NCBI GenBank assembly: GCA_947598485.1 | Contig: CANQFJ010000002.1 | Location: 12,065-76,064 of the forward strand | Length of the DNA: 64,000 bases | Source: an uncultured Bacilli bacterium | GTDB lineage: Bacteria > Bacillota_I > Bacilli_A > RF39 > UBA660 | Direction: 5' to 3' | In this document: positions 35,163 to 45,670 of the stretch, piece by piece | Position numbering within the stretch: the first letter of the stretch is position 1 | Layout: each line of letters opens with the position of its first letter | Position numbers and translations under genes: made by a program | Notes under the pieces: model-generated | What the model saw: the letters and a program-made list of their open reading frames with translations, nothing else | Databases searched by the model: none | Told to the model about the DNA's origin: nothing

Positions 35163-37619
35163 ATGAAGAAGATTAATTATTTATACACATTTCTATCTAT
35201 ACTACCTTTAATAGATTTAATAACTAGTATAACAAGTAGATATTTTCCTAATTTTATTTCTATTGGAGCTATCTTAAAGGGATTAATTTTATTAATAGGA
35301 GTTTTTTATATCTTCTTTTATAGTGCTAGTAAATATAAGAAGATGTCCATAATATATATTACTATTTTGGTTTTTTATGTTCTGGGATATTTTATTTTTA
35401 AAAGTGATTTAATAGATAAAAGTTATTTTTTTAGCGAACTAAATTATTTGATTAAACTTTCTTTCTTTCCAACCATGTTTGTTGTCTTTCTAAATTTATT
35501 TGATGATTTTGGCTTCGACATTAAGAAAATAGAAAAAGTAATGATTATAAATATTATATTTTATATTTTGTTTATAATTGGTCCTACAATATTGAATTTT
35601 AACTTTTCTTCTTACTCAAGCAATGCGTATTTTGGATCTGTTGGGTGGTTTTATTCCGCTAATGAGATATCTAGCATTTTATTATTTTTATTTCCATTTA
35701 TATATAAATTCATGTCTAAAGATAAATTGATATTGATAATATTATTTCTTTTAGCTTTATATATGATAAGCTTTATTGGCACTAAAGTTACTTTGTTTGG
35801 GATTATCATCATGAGCATAATATTAATGCTTATGGTTTTATTTAAAAGCAAAAATAATTTAAATCGAATAATAGCTATAATTTTAACCTTTATAACTATA
35901 GGTTTCATGCATAATAATTACGCATTTTTAAATATGAAAGCATCAATAGGCTATGAAAATAATCAAAATGCAGTTATTGATGATAACCCAGATATAGTTG
36001 ATAAGGACTTGGAAGAAGAATTAAATGATATCAAAGAAGAAAAGGAAAGCTATAAGAAATGGCAAAAGTTTAGTTTATCATTATTAAGCGATAGAGATAT
36101 ATATGCCATTTATACGTATAGACTTTATCGTAAAAATTTTGAACCGAGCTATTTTCTATTTGGCATGGGAATCTCAAATACATCAAGAATTAATGATAAG
36201 CAAGTAGCCAAACTTATTGAAATAGATTTTTTAGATATTTTCTTCCATTTTGGCTTGTTAGCTTTACTTATCACTATTTATCCCTTTATTTATACAATAA
36301 TATGCATTGTTAAATCAAAAACATTTAATCATAAAATATTACTATTTAGTTTAACGGTCCTTTTAATGATGGGAGTTTCATCTTTAGCAGGACATGTTCT
36401 TTTAGCTCCTGCTGTTAGTATTTATTTATGCCTTTATTTAATTTGTATTATAAATGAGACACATAGCTTTAAAAGAAAAGATATTAAAAAAAATAAAGTG
36501 ACGATTTTAGCTATGCATTTAGGTTATGGTGGCGTAGAAAATGCCATTTGTAACATTGCTAGTAATTTAGTAGATAATTATGATGTAGAAATTATTTCTT
36601 TGTATAAAAATAAAGAAAAAATTCCCTTTAAATTGGCTAAAAAAGTTAAAGTTACGTATCTATTAAATACAATATCTAATCGTCAAGAATTTAAAAATGC
36701 TTTAAAGGATTTTGATTTAACAAACCTTTTAAAAGAGGGATTTAAAGCTTTAAAGATAATAAGTAAAAAAGACAATTTAATTAAAAAAGCGATAATTAAC
36801 TGTGATGCTAAAATTATTATCTCTACAAGAATTAAATATAGTAATTTATTAAATGAATACGGAAATGACTTGGCTATAAAAATTCATCAAGAACATACAT
36901 ATAGTGTTGGTGATAAGTACATAAATCATTTAAATAAATTAGATAATATAAATTATATAATGCCTGTGAGCAATGTATTATATAACGAATATAAAAATAA
37001 AGTTACTATACCTTTAAAATACATTCCTCTTGCATTAAATTATTATCCTAGTGATGATGAAATATCTAAATTAAATAATTATAATTTGATTGCTATTGGA
37101 AGATTAGAACCTGAAAAGGGGTTTGATGACTTGCTGGATGTTGTATATCATTTGACTAAAGAGAATAAAAAAATAAAATTAAACATATTTGGTGATGGAT
37201 CACTAAGAGAAAGCTTACAAGATAAAATTAATCATCTTAAACTTGAAAATAATATTACACTATGGGGCTTTAAAGAATACGATTTTATAAAAAAGTACTT
37301 AATTGATTCAGCATTATATGTTATGACATCTTATGAAGAATCATTTGGCTTAGTTGTGCTTGAGGCTATGAGCTATGGCGTACCTTGTGTTACTTATGCA
37401 AGTGCTAAAGGGGTAAAATCTATAGTAAATAATAAAAATGGCTTTATAATTAATAAAAGGGATAATAAAAAAATGGCTAAAGTTATCCTTGATTATTTTA
37501 ATTTAAAATCTGCGGATAAAAGAAAATACGGTACTGAAGCAAGAAAAATAAGCTATGAGTATAGTAATGAAGCAATCAAAGAGCAGTGGTTAGATTTTTT
37601 GGATAGTATTAATGAATAA
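35163..37619 (+). CDS. Fusion protein: an N-terminal Wzy/O-antigen-ligase-like polytopic membrane domain and a C-terminal GT4 (glycosyl transferase group 1) domain
   Basis: Residues 1-430 contain about ten TM helices with a large loop. Residues 440-818 form a GT4 domain with FGLVVLEAMSYGVPCV. Confidence 0.55.
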   Translation: MKKINYLYTFLSILPLIDLITSITSRYFPNFISIGAILKGLILLIGVFYIFFYSASKYKKMSIIYITILVFYVLGYFIFKSDLIDKSYFFSELNYLIKLSFFPTMFVVFLNLFDDFGFDIKKIEKVMIINIIFYILFIIGPTILNFNFSSYSSNAYFGSVGWFYSANEISSILLFLFPFIYKFMSKDKLILIILFLLALYMISFIGTKVTLFGIIIMSIILMLMVLFKSKNNLNRIIAIILTFITIGFMHNNYAFLNMKASIGYENNQNAVIDDNPDIVDKDLEEELNDIKEEKESYKKWQKFSLSLLSDRDIYAIYTYRLYRKNFEPSYFLFGMGISNTSRINDKQVAKLIEIDFLDIFFHFGLLALLITIYPFIYTIICIVKSKTFNHKILLFSLTVLLMMGVSSLAGHVLLAPAVSIYLCLYLICIINETHSFKRKDIKKNKVTILAMHLGYGGVENAICNIASNLVDNYDVEIISLYKNKEKIPFKLAKKVKVTYLLNTISNRQEFKNALKDFDLTNLLKEGFKALKIISKKDNLIKKAIINCDAKIIISTRIKYSNLLNEYGNDLAIKIHQEHTYSVGDKYINHLNKLDNINYIMPVSNVLYNEYKNKVTIPLKYIPLALNYYPSDDEISKLNNYNLIAIGRLEPEKGFDDLLDVVYHLTKENKKIKLNIFGDGSLRESLQDKINHLKLENNITLWGFKEYDFIKKYLIDSALYVMTSYEESFGLVVLEAMSYGVPCVTYASAKGVKSIVNNKNGFIINKRDNKKMAKVILDYFNLKSADKRKYGTEARKISYEYSNEAIKEQWLDFLDSINE

Positions 37620-37783
37620 CGAAAAAATACTTTCCTTTTTTGACTTTAATCATGTCATATTATAAAATTAAAGAGATGAGATATTTCTATTTATAAATTT
37701 TAGATGAGAGAATAAACAAATTTTTTAAGGAAAAGAAGTGTTTGAATACGGTTTAAGCTAAAGGAATTGTTGTAGGTGGTAAA

Positions 37784-39760
37784 GTGAAGATTATTAAAAA
37801 GATATTAAAGCATTTAAAGGAGTATGGATTATTTGATACAGTTAAGTGGTTATATAATTGCTTATTATTTAAAATAAGACACAGAAAAGTTAAAAGTATT
37901 GATTTTGATTCACTTAATGTTGATAGCCAATATCAAAAATATTTAATACCTAAAACAGGAATTAATATATTTATGGTTGCTAACGTACCTTATTATGATA
38001 TTGGTGGTGGTCAACGCTGCTCACAACTTGCCAAAACATTTAATAAAATGGGTTTTAACGTTATTTATTTATACGCTTATAAATCTTCTGAAAGTATGGT
38101 CTTTAATATGACCATGCCTATGAATGCCCATATATTTATTGACGACTATATAATTTCAAAAATCGAAAATTACGCTAAAGAGGGAGATTTATTTATATTT
38201 GAATCTCCATCAGAAAAATTTTCTAAAGTATTAGATTTCGCTATAGCAAAAAAGGGTAAGATAGTGTATGAAAATATTGATAATTGGGAAACATCACTTG
38301 GCTCTGATGTATATGACGAAAAGACGCTAAAAAAATTACTAGAGAATGCGGATTTATTAGTTGGAACTGCTAAACCACTTGTTGAACAATTAGAAAAATA
38401 TTTAAAAAGATATAAAATTAATGGCAAAAAAACAATTTATTTACCAAATGCCGTTGATGATGAACTATTTTGTGGCCTAAAAAAGTTGGAAAAACCACAA
38501 GACTTAGTAATAGATAAAAAGACCTTTTTATATTATGGATCATTATGGGGAGAATGGTTTGACTGGGATCTTCTGATTGATTTAGCATTAAAACATCCTA
38601 GATACTCTTTTAATATAATAGGAGATTATAATAATGTATATAATCAGTACAAAAATTGCCCTTATAATATTCATTTTCTTGGCTTGAAAAAGCAGTATGA
38701 GTTGCCGGCTTATTTAAAGTATGTTGACTATGCTATGATTCCATTTAAAACCGGTGAAATTGGTGATTATGTTTCACCATTAAAGATATTTGAATATATA
38801 TCTATGTATACAAAAGTACTTTGTACAGAACTACCTGATGTAATAGGATATCCCAATGTTTATATTGGCAATACTGCTGAAGAATGGGATAAAATTATTG
38901 AAAATGATTATAAAATTGATATAGAAGGTGCAGATAATTTTGTTGAAGATAATACATGGTCAAATAGGGTTGATAAAATACTTAATGAGATATATCCAGA
39001 AATTAATAACTCATTTTTAAAAAATAATTTATCTATAATCGTATTAAATTATAATAATAAGAACATTATTTTTAAATCATTAAATACTCTTTTAAAGTTT
39101 AATGATATTTATAATTATGAAATCATTGTTGTTGATAATGGAAGTACTGATGGCTCATATGAAATATTAAAAGAAAAATATACAGATAAAATTAAGTTAA
39201 TAAAAAACAAAAAGAATGGTTGCGCCAGTGGAAGAAATTTAGGTGCAACACTTGCCACTAAAAAGTACTTGATGTTTTTGGATAGTGATCAATGGATTAC
39301 TACTAAATATTGGCTTATGCCTTATGAAACTATATTGAAAAATGTGGATAATGTGGGTTTGATTGGCTGGGCTGCTGGTTTCTTTAATCGTGATAATGCT
39401 GCGTATCATGTTGTAGATAGTTTTCCATATCGGTATATGCCTTCAAACTCTTTATGTAGGTATGATATAGGCTATCTAGGATCAGGTGGAATGATTGTTT
39501 TAAAAGAGGATTTTGATAAGGTTGGAGGCTTTGATTTGGCATACGATCCAACATGTTATGAAGATACAGATTTTTCAGTTGCAATTAGAAATGCTGGGAA
39601 AGAACTTTACTATTGTCCTTATTTAGGCATCATTCATTTGCCACATCAAACTACAAATAGTGGAAGTAAAGAACATACTAAATTAATAAATGAAAAGCAA
39701 AAATATTTTACGGAAAAATGGCTTAAGAAAAATAAAGAAGTATTTAAATATAAAAAATAA
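37784..39760 (+). CDS. Two-domain glycosyltransferase: an N-terminal GT4-like domain and a C-terminal GT2 domain
   Basis: It starts at GTG, with GGTGG upstream. The N-terminal segment YYGSLWGEWFDWDLL is paralogous to the gene at 41473. The GT2 part has LSIIVLNYNN...FLDSDQ. Confidence 0.6.
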   Translation: MKIIKKILKHLKEYGLFDTVKWLYNCLLFKIRHRKVKSIDFDSLNVDSQYQKYLIPKTGINIFMVANVPYYDIGGGQRCSQLAKTFNKMGFNVIYLYAYKSSESMVFNMTMPMNAHIFIDDYIISKIENYAKEGDLFIFESPSEKFSKVLDFAIAKKGKIVYENIDNWETSLGSDVYDEKTLKKLLENADLLVGTAKPLVEQLEKYLKRYKINGKKTIYLPNAVDDELFCGLKKLEKPQDLVIDKKTFLYYGSLWGEWFDWDLLIDLALKHPRYSFNIIGDYNNVYNQYKNCPYNIHFLGLKKQYELPAYLKYVDYAMIPFKTGEIGDYVSPLKIFEYISMYTKVLCTELPDVIGYPNVYIGNTAEEWDKIIENDYKIDIEGADNFVEDNTWSNRVDKILNEIYPEINNSFLKNNLSIIVLNYNNKNIIFKSLNTLLKFNDIYNYEIIVVDNGSTDGSYEILKEKYTDKIKLIKNKKNGCASGRNLGATLATKKYLMFLDSDQWITTKYWLMPYETILKNVDNVGLIGWAAGFFNRDNAAYHVVDSFPYRYMPSNSLCRYDIGYLGSGGMIVLKEDFDKVGGFDLAYDPTCYEDTDFSVAIRNAGKELYYCPYLGIIHLPHQTTNSGSKEHTKLINEKQKYFTEKWLKKNKEVFKYKK

Positions 39761-39838
39761 TGAATTTAGCTCTTTAAAACTTGTGTGGAGATGTACATGC
39801 AAGCGAAAGAATAGTTGACTCTATTATAAAGACAAACA

Positions 39839-39865
39839 AATTTGGCCGACAGTGTCGGCCAAATT
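39839..39865. repeat. Perfect GC-rich palindrome AATTTGGCCGACA-G-TGTCGGCCAAATT (13-bp arms); likely an operator or recombination site
   Basis: It stands out as GC-rich in AT-rich DNA. A 12/13 match recurs at 40259-40284 inside the DUF1016 coding sequence, and half-sites are arrayed at 40921-41232. Confidence 0.7.
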
Positions 39866-39991
39866 AAGTTGATATATATTTAAAATTATAATTATCCGTG
39901 TCAAAATAATTAAAAATATATCCTATATGACATAATATTACAATTTTTTCACAGTTATTATGGCATACTATCCCATTAACAGGGTGGTATC

Positions 39992-40913
39992 ATGGATGAA
40001 CAAAAATATTTTCAACAAGTAGTAAGCTTAATTGAAGAAAAGGAAATAAACAGAAGAACTAGAGAATTACTAAACAATTATAATACTCTATATACTTACT
40101 GGCAAATAGGAAGGTGTATAGTGGAAGCTTCTGGAGCACGAGCTACTTATCGTAGTGACTTAATAAACAAATGGGGAACTGAATTATCTTTACAATATGG
40201 AACTGATTATAAGGTACAAAAATTGAGAAGAATGCGACAATTTTATTTAACTTTTCCGATTTGGGCGACAGTGTCACCCAAATTAAAATGGTCTCACATC
40301 TCGGAGATTATGACTATACAAAACGAAAATGCAAGAAACTATTATATCAACCAAATAATTTTAAATAATCTTTCTGTTAGGGAATTAAGATGCTTAATTA
40401 AAAGTAATGCTTATGAGCGTTTAAGTAATAAGTCAAAAAATAACATTGATTACAGACAAAGATAAACCTAATTTAAACTTAGATGATATGTTAAAAGATC
40501 CCATTATAATAAAAACTAATCAAAAAATAGATAAATTAAATGAGATGGCTATTCATAGATTTTTAATTAGCATGGTAGAAACGAAATTCTTAGAACTTGG
40601 TACAGGTTTTGCTTTAATTGGTCATGAGTATAAGATTATTGTTGGTAATAAAATATTTAGAATAGATCTATTGTTCTTTAATATTGAATTAAATAGATAT
40701 ATAGTTGTTGAAGTAAAAAATAGAGAATTTAGTCCTAAAGATATTGGGCAAATCGACTTTTATGTTAATTATATCGATAAGAATATAAAGAGGAATAACC
40801 ATAAAGATACATTAGGAATTATAGTTGTAAAAAAGAAAAATCAATTGGTTATTGAGTATGTTACAAATAAAATATATATAACAACTTTTAAAATTGAAGA
40901 AACTAATCTATAA
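39992..40913 (+). pseudogene. Frameshifted YhcG/DUF1016-family PD-(D/E)XK nuclease gene; the two ORFs overlap at an A6 tract near 40435-40440
   Basis: The first ORF (39992-40465) carries the DUF1016 N-terminal motifs YWQIGRCIVE and LRRMRQFYLTFP. The second ORF (40446-40913) carries the nuclease core GFALIGHEYKI...IDLLFFNIELNRYIVVEVKNREF. Both match one protein family and are disrupted by a +/-1 shift. Confidence 0.65.
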
Positions 40914-40920
40914 GATATAA

Positions 40921-41232
40921 GCAAAACGCGCCACACTTTTTCAAAAAAAGCGAACAGAAATGGCCGACACTTTCTTCAATTTTTTTTGCTATAATTCAGA
41001 AAAGCCCGAAATTATGGGCCAAAAATGTCATTAAAAATGGCCGACACTAACTCCCAAAAAGGCGAACAAAAACGCGCCACACTTTTTCAAAAAAGCGAAC
41101 AGAAATGGTCGACACTTTACTTGATTTTTTGCTGCAATTCAAGAAAAAGCCCGAAATTACTGGCCAAGATGGTCACCGAAAATGGTCGACACTAACGCTA
41201 AAAAAAGCGAACAAAAATGGGTGACACTTGAA
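40921..41232. repeat. Two tandem GC-rich repeat units of about 145 bp each, each carrying about four half-sites of the form GCGAACA-AAA-(T/C)GG(C/T)CGACAC
   Basis: Unit 1 spans about 40921-41071 and unit 2 about 41072-41217, with roughly 90% identity. The half-sites match one arm of the palindrome at 39839. Confidence 0.7.
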
Positions 41233-41472
41233 TAAAAATGTAGTAGTTGATTAAATTATTAAAAGCAGCGTTTTTGCTAACCATATTTCTCGTTGCATGA
41301 GAATTATTTTTTTATTATAATAATTATAAGTAAGAAATAGGATAAATATTAAAATCAATTTTAGATTTATTACAATTTATATCCTATCGAGTCTTTTATT
41401 TATCGTAAATGGAAGATATAATTATCCAATTTATTTTACTATTATTTTTTTTACTTAGGAATGGAGGGTTTA

Positions 41473-42762
41473 ATGGCAAAAAATAGTTTTAATCATAAAG
41501 TGTCTAAATTAGCAAATGTTTATAAAAAGTATGGCTTTATGGGATTTTGCAAGAAATTATATGCTCATGTTAAAGCTAATTATCTAGATAAAATAAGTTT
41601 TAAAGTATTTTTTCAAAAAGGTAAATACCGTAAGATAATAAATGATATCTTAATAAATACTAAATATGATCGTATAATATTATGGCGTAGTAGTTTTGGC
41701 TATAATGTTCCTTTATATCAAAGACCTCAACATATTGCTAGTAATTTAGCTAAAGAAAATTGTTTAGTCTTTTATGAAGTTACTACTATGACTGATAAAG
41801 TTAAAACTATTAAGAAAATTAATGAACATATCTATCTTACTAATTTTAATAATATCTTACTAAATAAACTATTAATGAGTGAACTTAGTAAAATAAATAA
41901 ACCTAAATATATTCAACTTTATTCTACAGATTGGAAATTAACTATTAATGATATCGAAAACTATATTAATAATAATTATAGATTTATATATGAGTATATT
42001 GATCATTTATCACTAGAACTCGCAGGTACTAAATCTTTACCGCAAAATATAATTGATAAATATGAATATGCAATGAGCCATGAAGATGTATTTGTAGTTG
42101 TAACAGCTTCCGATTTGGAAGAAGATGTTCTATCTAAAAGAGGTAAGAAAAATGTTATCTTTTCCTCCAATGGGGTAGATTATAAATACTTTGAAAGTTT
42201 TGATGAAGACTTTGAATTTGATGAAGAATTTAAAAATATTTTAGCTAAAAAGAAACCAATAGTTTGCTACTATGGAGCTTTAGCTAAATGGTTTGATTAT
42301 GATTTAATTAAGGAAATAGCCAAGACCGATAAATATAGTATCGTATTATTTGGCATTAAATATGATGAATCTTTTGATAACAATTTAACAGGTAACGAAA
42401 AGAATATTTATTTCTTAGGACCAAGAGATTATAAGGTACTTAAAAATTATGCTCGTAAATGTGATATTTTAACAATTCCCTTTCTTTTAAATGATATAAC
42501 TAAAGCTACAAGCCCCGTTAAGATATTTGAATATATGGCTTTACATAAACCGATAGTTATAACTGATTTAAAAGAATGTAGACAATATAAGAGTGTCATG
42601 ATAGGGCATAGTCATAAAGAATTTATAGAGTTATTAGACAAAGCTTTAGAAAAGAAAGATGATAAGAAATATATAAGTCTTCTTGATAAAGAAGCAAGAG
42701 AAAATGACTGGGCCTATAAAGCTCAAGCCATTATAGATGTTATTCAGAAAAGTGAAAAATAA
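41473..42762 (+). CDS. Glycosyltransferase (GT4-like C-terminal domain); the last gene of the polysaccharide locus
   Basis: The C-terminal segment KKPIVCYYGALAKWFDYDLIKEIAK is paralogous to the N-terminal domain of the gene at 37784. GGAGGG precedes the ATG at 41473; the ATG at 41461 is an alternative start. Confidence 0.55.
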   Translation: MAKNSFNHKVSKLANVYKKYGFMGFCKKLYAHVKANYLDKISFKVFFQKGKYRKIINDILINTKYDRIILWRSSFGYNVPLYQRPQHIASNLAKENCLVFYEVTTMTDKVKTIKKINEHIYLTNFNNILLNKLLMSELSKINKPKYIQLYSTDWKLTINDIENYINNNYRFIYEYIDHLSLELAGTKSLPQNIIDKYEYAMSHEDVFVVVTASDLEEDVLSKRGKKNVIFSSNGVDYKYFESFDEDFEFDEEFKNILAKKKPIVCYYGALAKWFDYDLIKEIAKTDKYSIVLFGIKYDESFDNNLTGNEKNIYFLGPRDYKVLKNYARKCDILTIPFLLNDITKATSPVKIFEYMALHKPIVITDLKECRQYKSVMIGHSHKEFIELLDKALEKKDDKKYISLLDKEARENDWAYKAQAIIDVIQKSEK

Positions 42763-42858
42763 TATAAGCATTCAAATTATATGGCAAATCTTTAATTGCC
42801 TTCCTAATCTAGTTTTTTATTAGTATTTATGGTACAATTTATGGGAGGTGAATGAACG

Positions 42859-44280
42859 ATGAAAGTTAGAACACGTTTTGCTCCATCCCCAACAGGATAT
42901 ATGCACATTGGAAATTTAAGATCGGCCTTGTTTGCATATTTAACTGCGAAGAGTATGGGTGGCGATTTTATATTAAGAATTGAGGATACCGATCAAGAGC
43001 GTAAAGTCGAAGGCGCTGTAGATTTCATCTGTCAAACATTAGATTTAGTAGGTCTTAAAGTTGATGAAGGTGTAGGAGCAGGAGGAGAATATGGCCCTTA
43101 CTTTCAAAGTGAAAGACTAGATATTTATAAAAAATATGCCGAAATGCTAGTTGAAAAAGGCGATGCATATTATTGCTTTTGTGATGAAGAAAGATTAAAT
43201 AAATTAAGAGAAATAGCTAATGCAAGAAAAGTACCATTTACTTATGATGGTCACTGTTCTACAATTCCTTTAGAGGAAGCTAGAAAAAGGATTGCCGCGG
43301 GCGAAAAGTATGTTATAAGACAAAGAATGCCTAAAGAAGGTGTAACTTCATATATTGATACTGTATACGGAGAAATAAAAGTTGAAAATAATACCTTAGA
43401 GGATCAAATTCTTATTAAAAGTGATGGCTATCCAACTTATAATTTTGCTAACGTTATTGATGATCATTTAATGAATATTACCCATGTTAACCGTGGTAAT
43501 GAATATTTATCATCAACGCCAAAATATTTACTTTTATATAAATCTTTTGGCTGGGAATCTCCCGTATATGTTCATCAACCTTTAGTTATTAAAGCTGATG
43601 GTACTAAGATTAGTAAGAGAAATAAAGATGATAATTTAATGGATTTAATTAATCGTGGTTTCTTACCAGAAGCTATAATTAATTATTTAGCTTTACTTGG
43701 TTGGTGTCCAAAAGAAAATAGAGAATTCTTTACTTTAAAAGAACTTGAAGAAGCATTTGATATTAAAAGAATTTCTAACGCTCCGGGATGCTATGATATT
43801 AAAAAACTTGAATGGTTTAATGCTCACTATATCAAAGAGCTTGATGATGAAAAATATCTTGAATGGGTTAAGAAATATTTAACTTTAGATGTAAGCGGTA
43901 AATCTGAAGAATGGGTTAATAAATTATTAATCACTTATAAAGATCATATAAGCTGTGGCGAAGAGATTAACGAGGTAGTTAAAAACTTCTTTACTGATGA
44001 ATATAATTTATCTGAGGAATGTAAAGAATTTTTAGCAAGTGATCCCGTTATTGATTTAGTAATTGAGAAGTTTATAAGTGAAATTGAACTTATTGAAGAT
44101 TGGAATTGTGATAACATTAATGTTGCTATTGAGAATGTTAAGAATTCTCTAAATGTTAAAGGTAAACTACTTTATATGCCTCTTAGAATAAAAGCCAGTG
44201 GTTATATGCATGGCCCTGGGCTTGATGCCTGTATTTACTTACTTGGCAAAGAAAAAACTTTAAGTAATTTAAGAAAGTAG
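42859..44280 (+). CDS. gltX: Glutamate--tRNA ligase
   Basis: The class I HIGH motif is PSPTGYMHIGNLRSA and the KMSKS-like motif is KISKR. Its 473-aa length is typical for GltX. Confidence 0.9.
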   Translation: MKVRTRFAPSPTGYMHIGNLRSALFAYLTAKSMGGDFILRIEDTDQERKVEGAVDFICQTLDLVGLKVDEGVGAGGEYGPYFQSERLDIYKKYAEMLVEKGDAYYCFCDEERLNKLREIANARKVPFTYDGHCSTIPLEEARKRIAAGEKYVIRQRMPKEGVTSYIDTVYGEIKVENNTLEDQILIKSDGYPTYNFANVIDDHLMNITHVNRGNEYLSSTPKYLLLYKSFGWESPVYVHQPLVIKADGTKISKRNKDDNLMDLINRGFLPEAIINYLALLGWCPKENREFFTLKELEEAFDIKRISNAPGCYDIKKLEWFNAHYIKELDDEKYLEWVKKYLTLDVSGKSEEWVNKLLITYKDHISCGEEINEVVKNFFTDEYNLSEECKEFLASDPVIDLVIEKFISEIELIEDWNCDNINVAIENVKNSLNVKGKLLYMPLRIKASGYMHGPGLDACIYLLGKEKTLSNLRK

Positions 44281-44286
44281 GTAATT

Positions 44287-45669
44287 ATGAGATTATATAA
44301 TACTCTTACAAAAAGGGTAGATGAATTTATCCCTTGGGAAGAGGGAAAAGTTAAAATGTACACCTGTGGTCCAACAGTTTATCATTATGCTCATATTGGT
44401 AATTTAAGAACCTATATCATGGAAGATGTCTTAGAAAAAACTTTAAGATTTATTGGCTATGAAGTTAAAAGATGCATGAATATAACTGATATTGGTCATT
44501 TATCATCAGATAGTGATACTGGTGTTGATAAAATGGTTAAAAGTGCTCAAGAATCACATAAAACTGTTTTAGATATTGCTAAATTTTATACTGATGCTTT
44601 TTTTAAAGATACCGAAAGATTAAATATTAAGACTCCGGAGATTGTTTCACCTGCGACTAGTAATATAGAAGAATATATTAAGATTATTACTAAATTACTT
44701 GACACAGGATATGCTTATAAAGCGGGAGGAAATGTTTACTTTGATACCTCTAAGTTAAAGAACTATTTTGTCCTAACCGGTGGTGATACTTCTGATGTTA
44801 TAACTGGAGTTAGAGATACGGTTGAAGAAGATACGAATAAAAAGAATAAAAATGACTTTGTTCTATGGTTTACCAAATCTAAATTTGAAGATCAAGAACT
44901 AAAATGGGAAACACCATTTGGTTTAGGCTATCCAGGTTGGCATATTGAGTGTAGTGGCATATCCCTAAAATATTTAGGAGAATATCTTGATATCCATTGT
45001 GGTGGAGTTGATAATATTTTTCCTCATCATACTAATGAAATAGCCCAAAGTGAAAGCTATATTGGTCATGATTGGTGTCACTATTGGGTTCATGGAGCTC
45101 ATTTAAATGATAAATCTGGTAAGATGAGTAAATCTAAGGGTGATACATTAACAATAGATACTTTAGAGGATAAAGGTTATAACCCTTTATCATATCGCTT
45201 TATGTGTTTAAACTCGCATTATCGTAGTCAATTAGTCTTTTCTTATGAGGCTTTAGATAATGCGGAAAATGCTTATAAAAAGCTAAAAAATAGAGTTCTT
45301 AGTTTAAAAGATGATAATAATATAGATCAAGATAAGTATGAAGAATATATTAATAGATTCAAAGAATGTATTGAAGATGATTTAAATACCTCGAATGCTA
45401 TTACATTATTATACGATGTTTTAAAAAGTGATATAACTGATGCTACGAAAATAGCTTTAGTAAAGAAGTTTGATGAAGTATTATCTCTTGATTTAACTAA
45501 AAAGGATAATAATATTGACGAAGCGTATATTAATAGTATGATAGCAAAAAGAAAAGAGGCTAAAAAGAATAAAGATTTTGCCTTAGCAGACAAAATTAGA
45601 GAAGATTTATTAAAAGAAGGTATTATATTAAAAGATACTAGAGAGGGAACAATATACGAGGTGAAGTAA
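44287..45669 (+). CDS. cysS: Cysteine--tRNA ligase
   Basis: It contains CGPTVYHYAHIGNLRTY, KMSKSKGD and the Zn-binding residues CGGVD...HH. Confidence 0.9.
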   Translation: MRLYNTLTKRVDEFIPWEEGKVKMYTCGPTVYHYAHIGNLRTYIMEDVLEKTLRFIGYEVKRCMNITDIGHLSSDSDTGVDKMVKSAQESHKTVLDIAKFYTDAFFKDTERLNIKTPEIVSPATSNIEEYIKIITKLLDTGYAYKAGGNVYFDTSKLKNYFVLTGGDTSDVITGVRDTVEEDTNKKNKNDFVLWFTKSKFEDQELKWETPFGLGYPGWHIECSGISLKYLGEYLDIHCGGVDNIFPHHTNEIAQSESYIGHDWCHYWVHGAHLNDKSGKMSKSKGDTLTIDTLEDKGYNPLSYRFMCLNSHYRSQLVFSYEALDNAENAYKKLKNRVLSLKDDNNIDQDKYEEYINRFKECIEDDLNTSNAITLLYDVLKSDITDATKIALVKKFDEVLSLDLTKKDNNIDEAYINSMIAKRKEAKKNKDFALADKIREDLLKEGIILKDTREGTIYEVK

Positions 45670-45670
45670 T

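Noticed and set aside
40921-41232. Possible CRISPR array
   Set aside because: There are only two long (about 145 bp) units, each composed of degenerate half-sites. There are no short identical repeats separated by unique spacers and no cas genes.
42763-42858. T-box or other leader upstream of gltX-cysS
   Set aside because: The spacer is only 96 bp and lacks a T-box consensus (AATTAGGGTGGNACCGCG).
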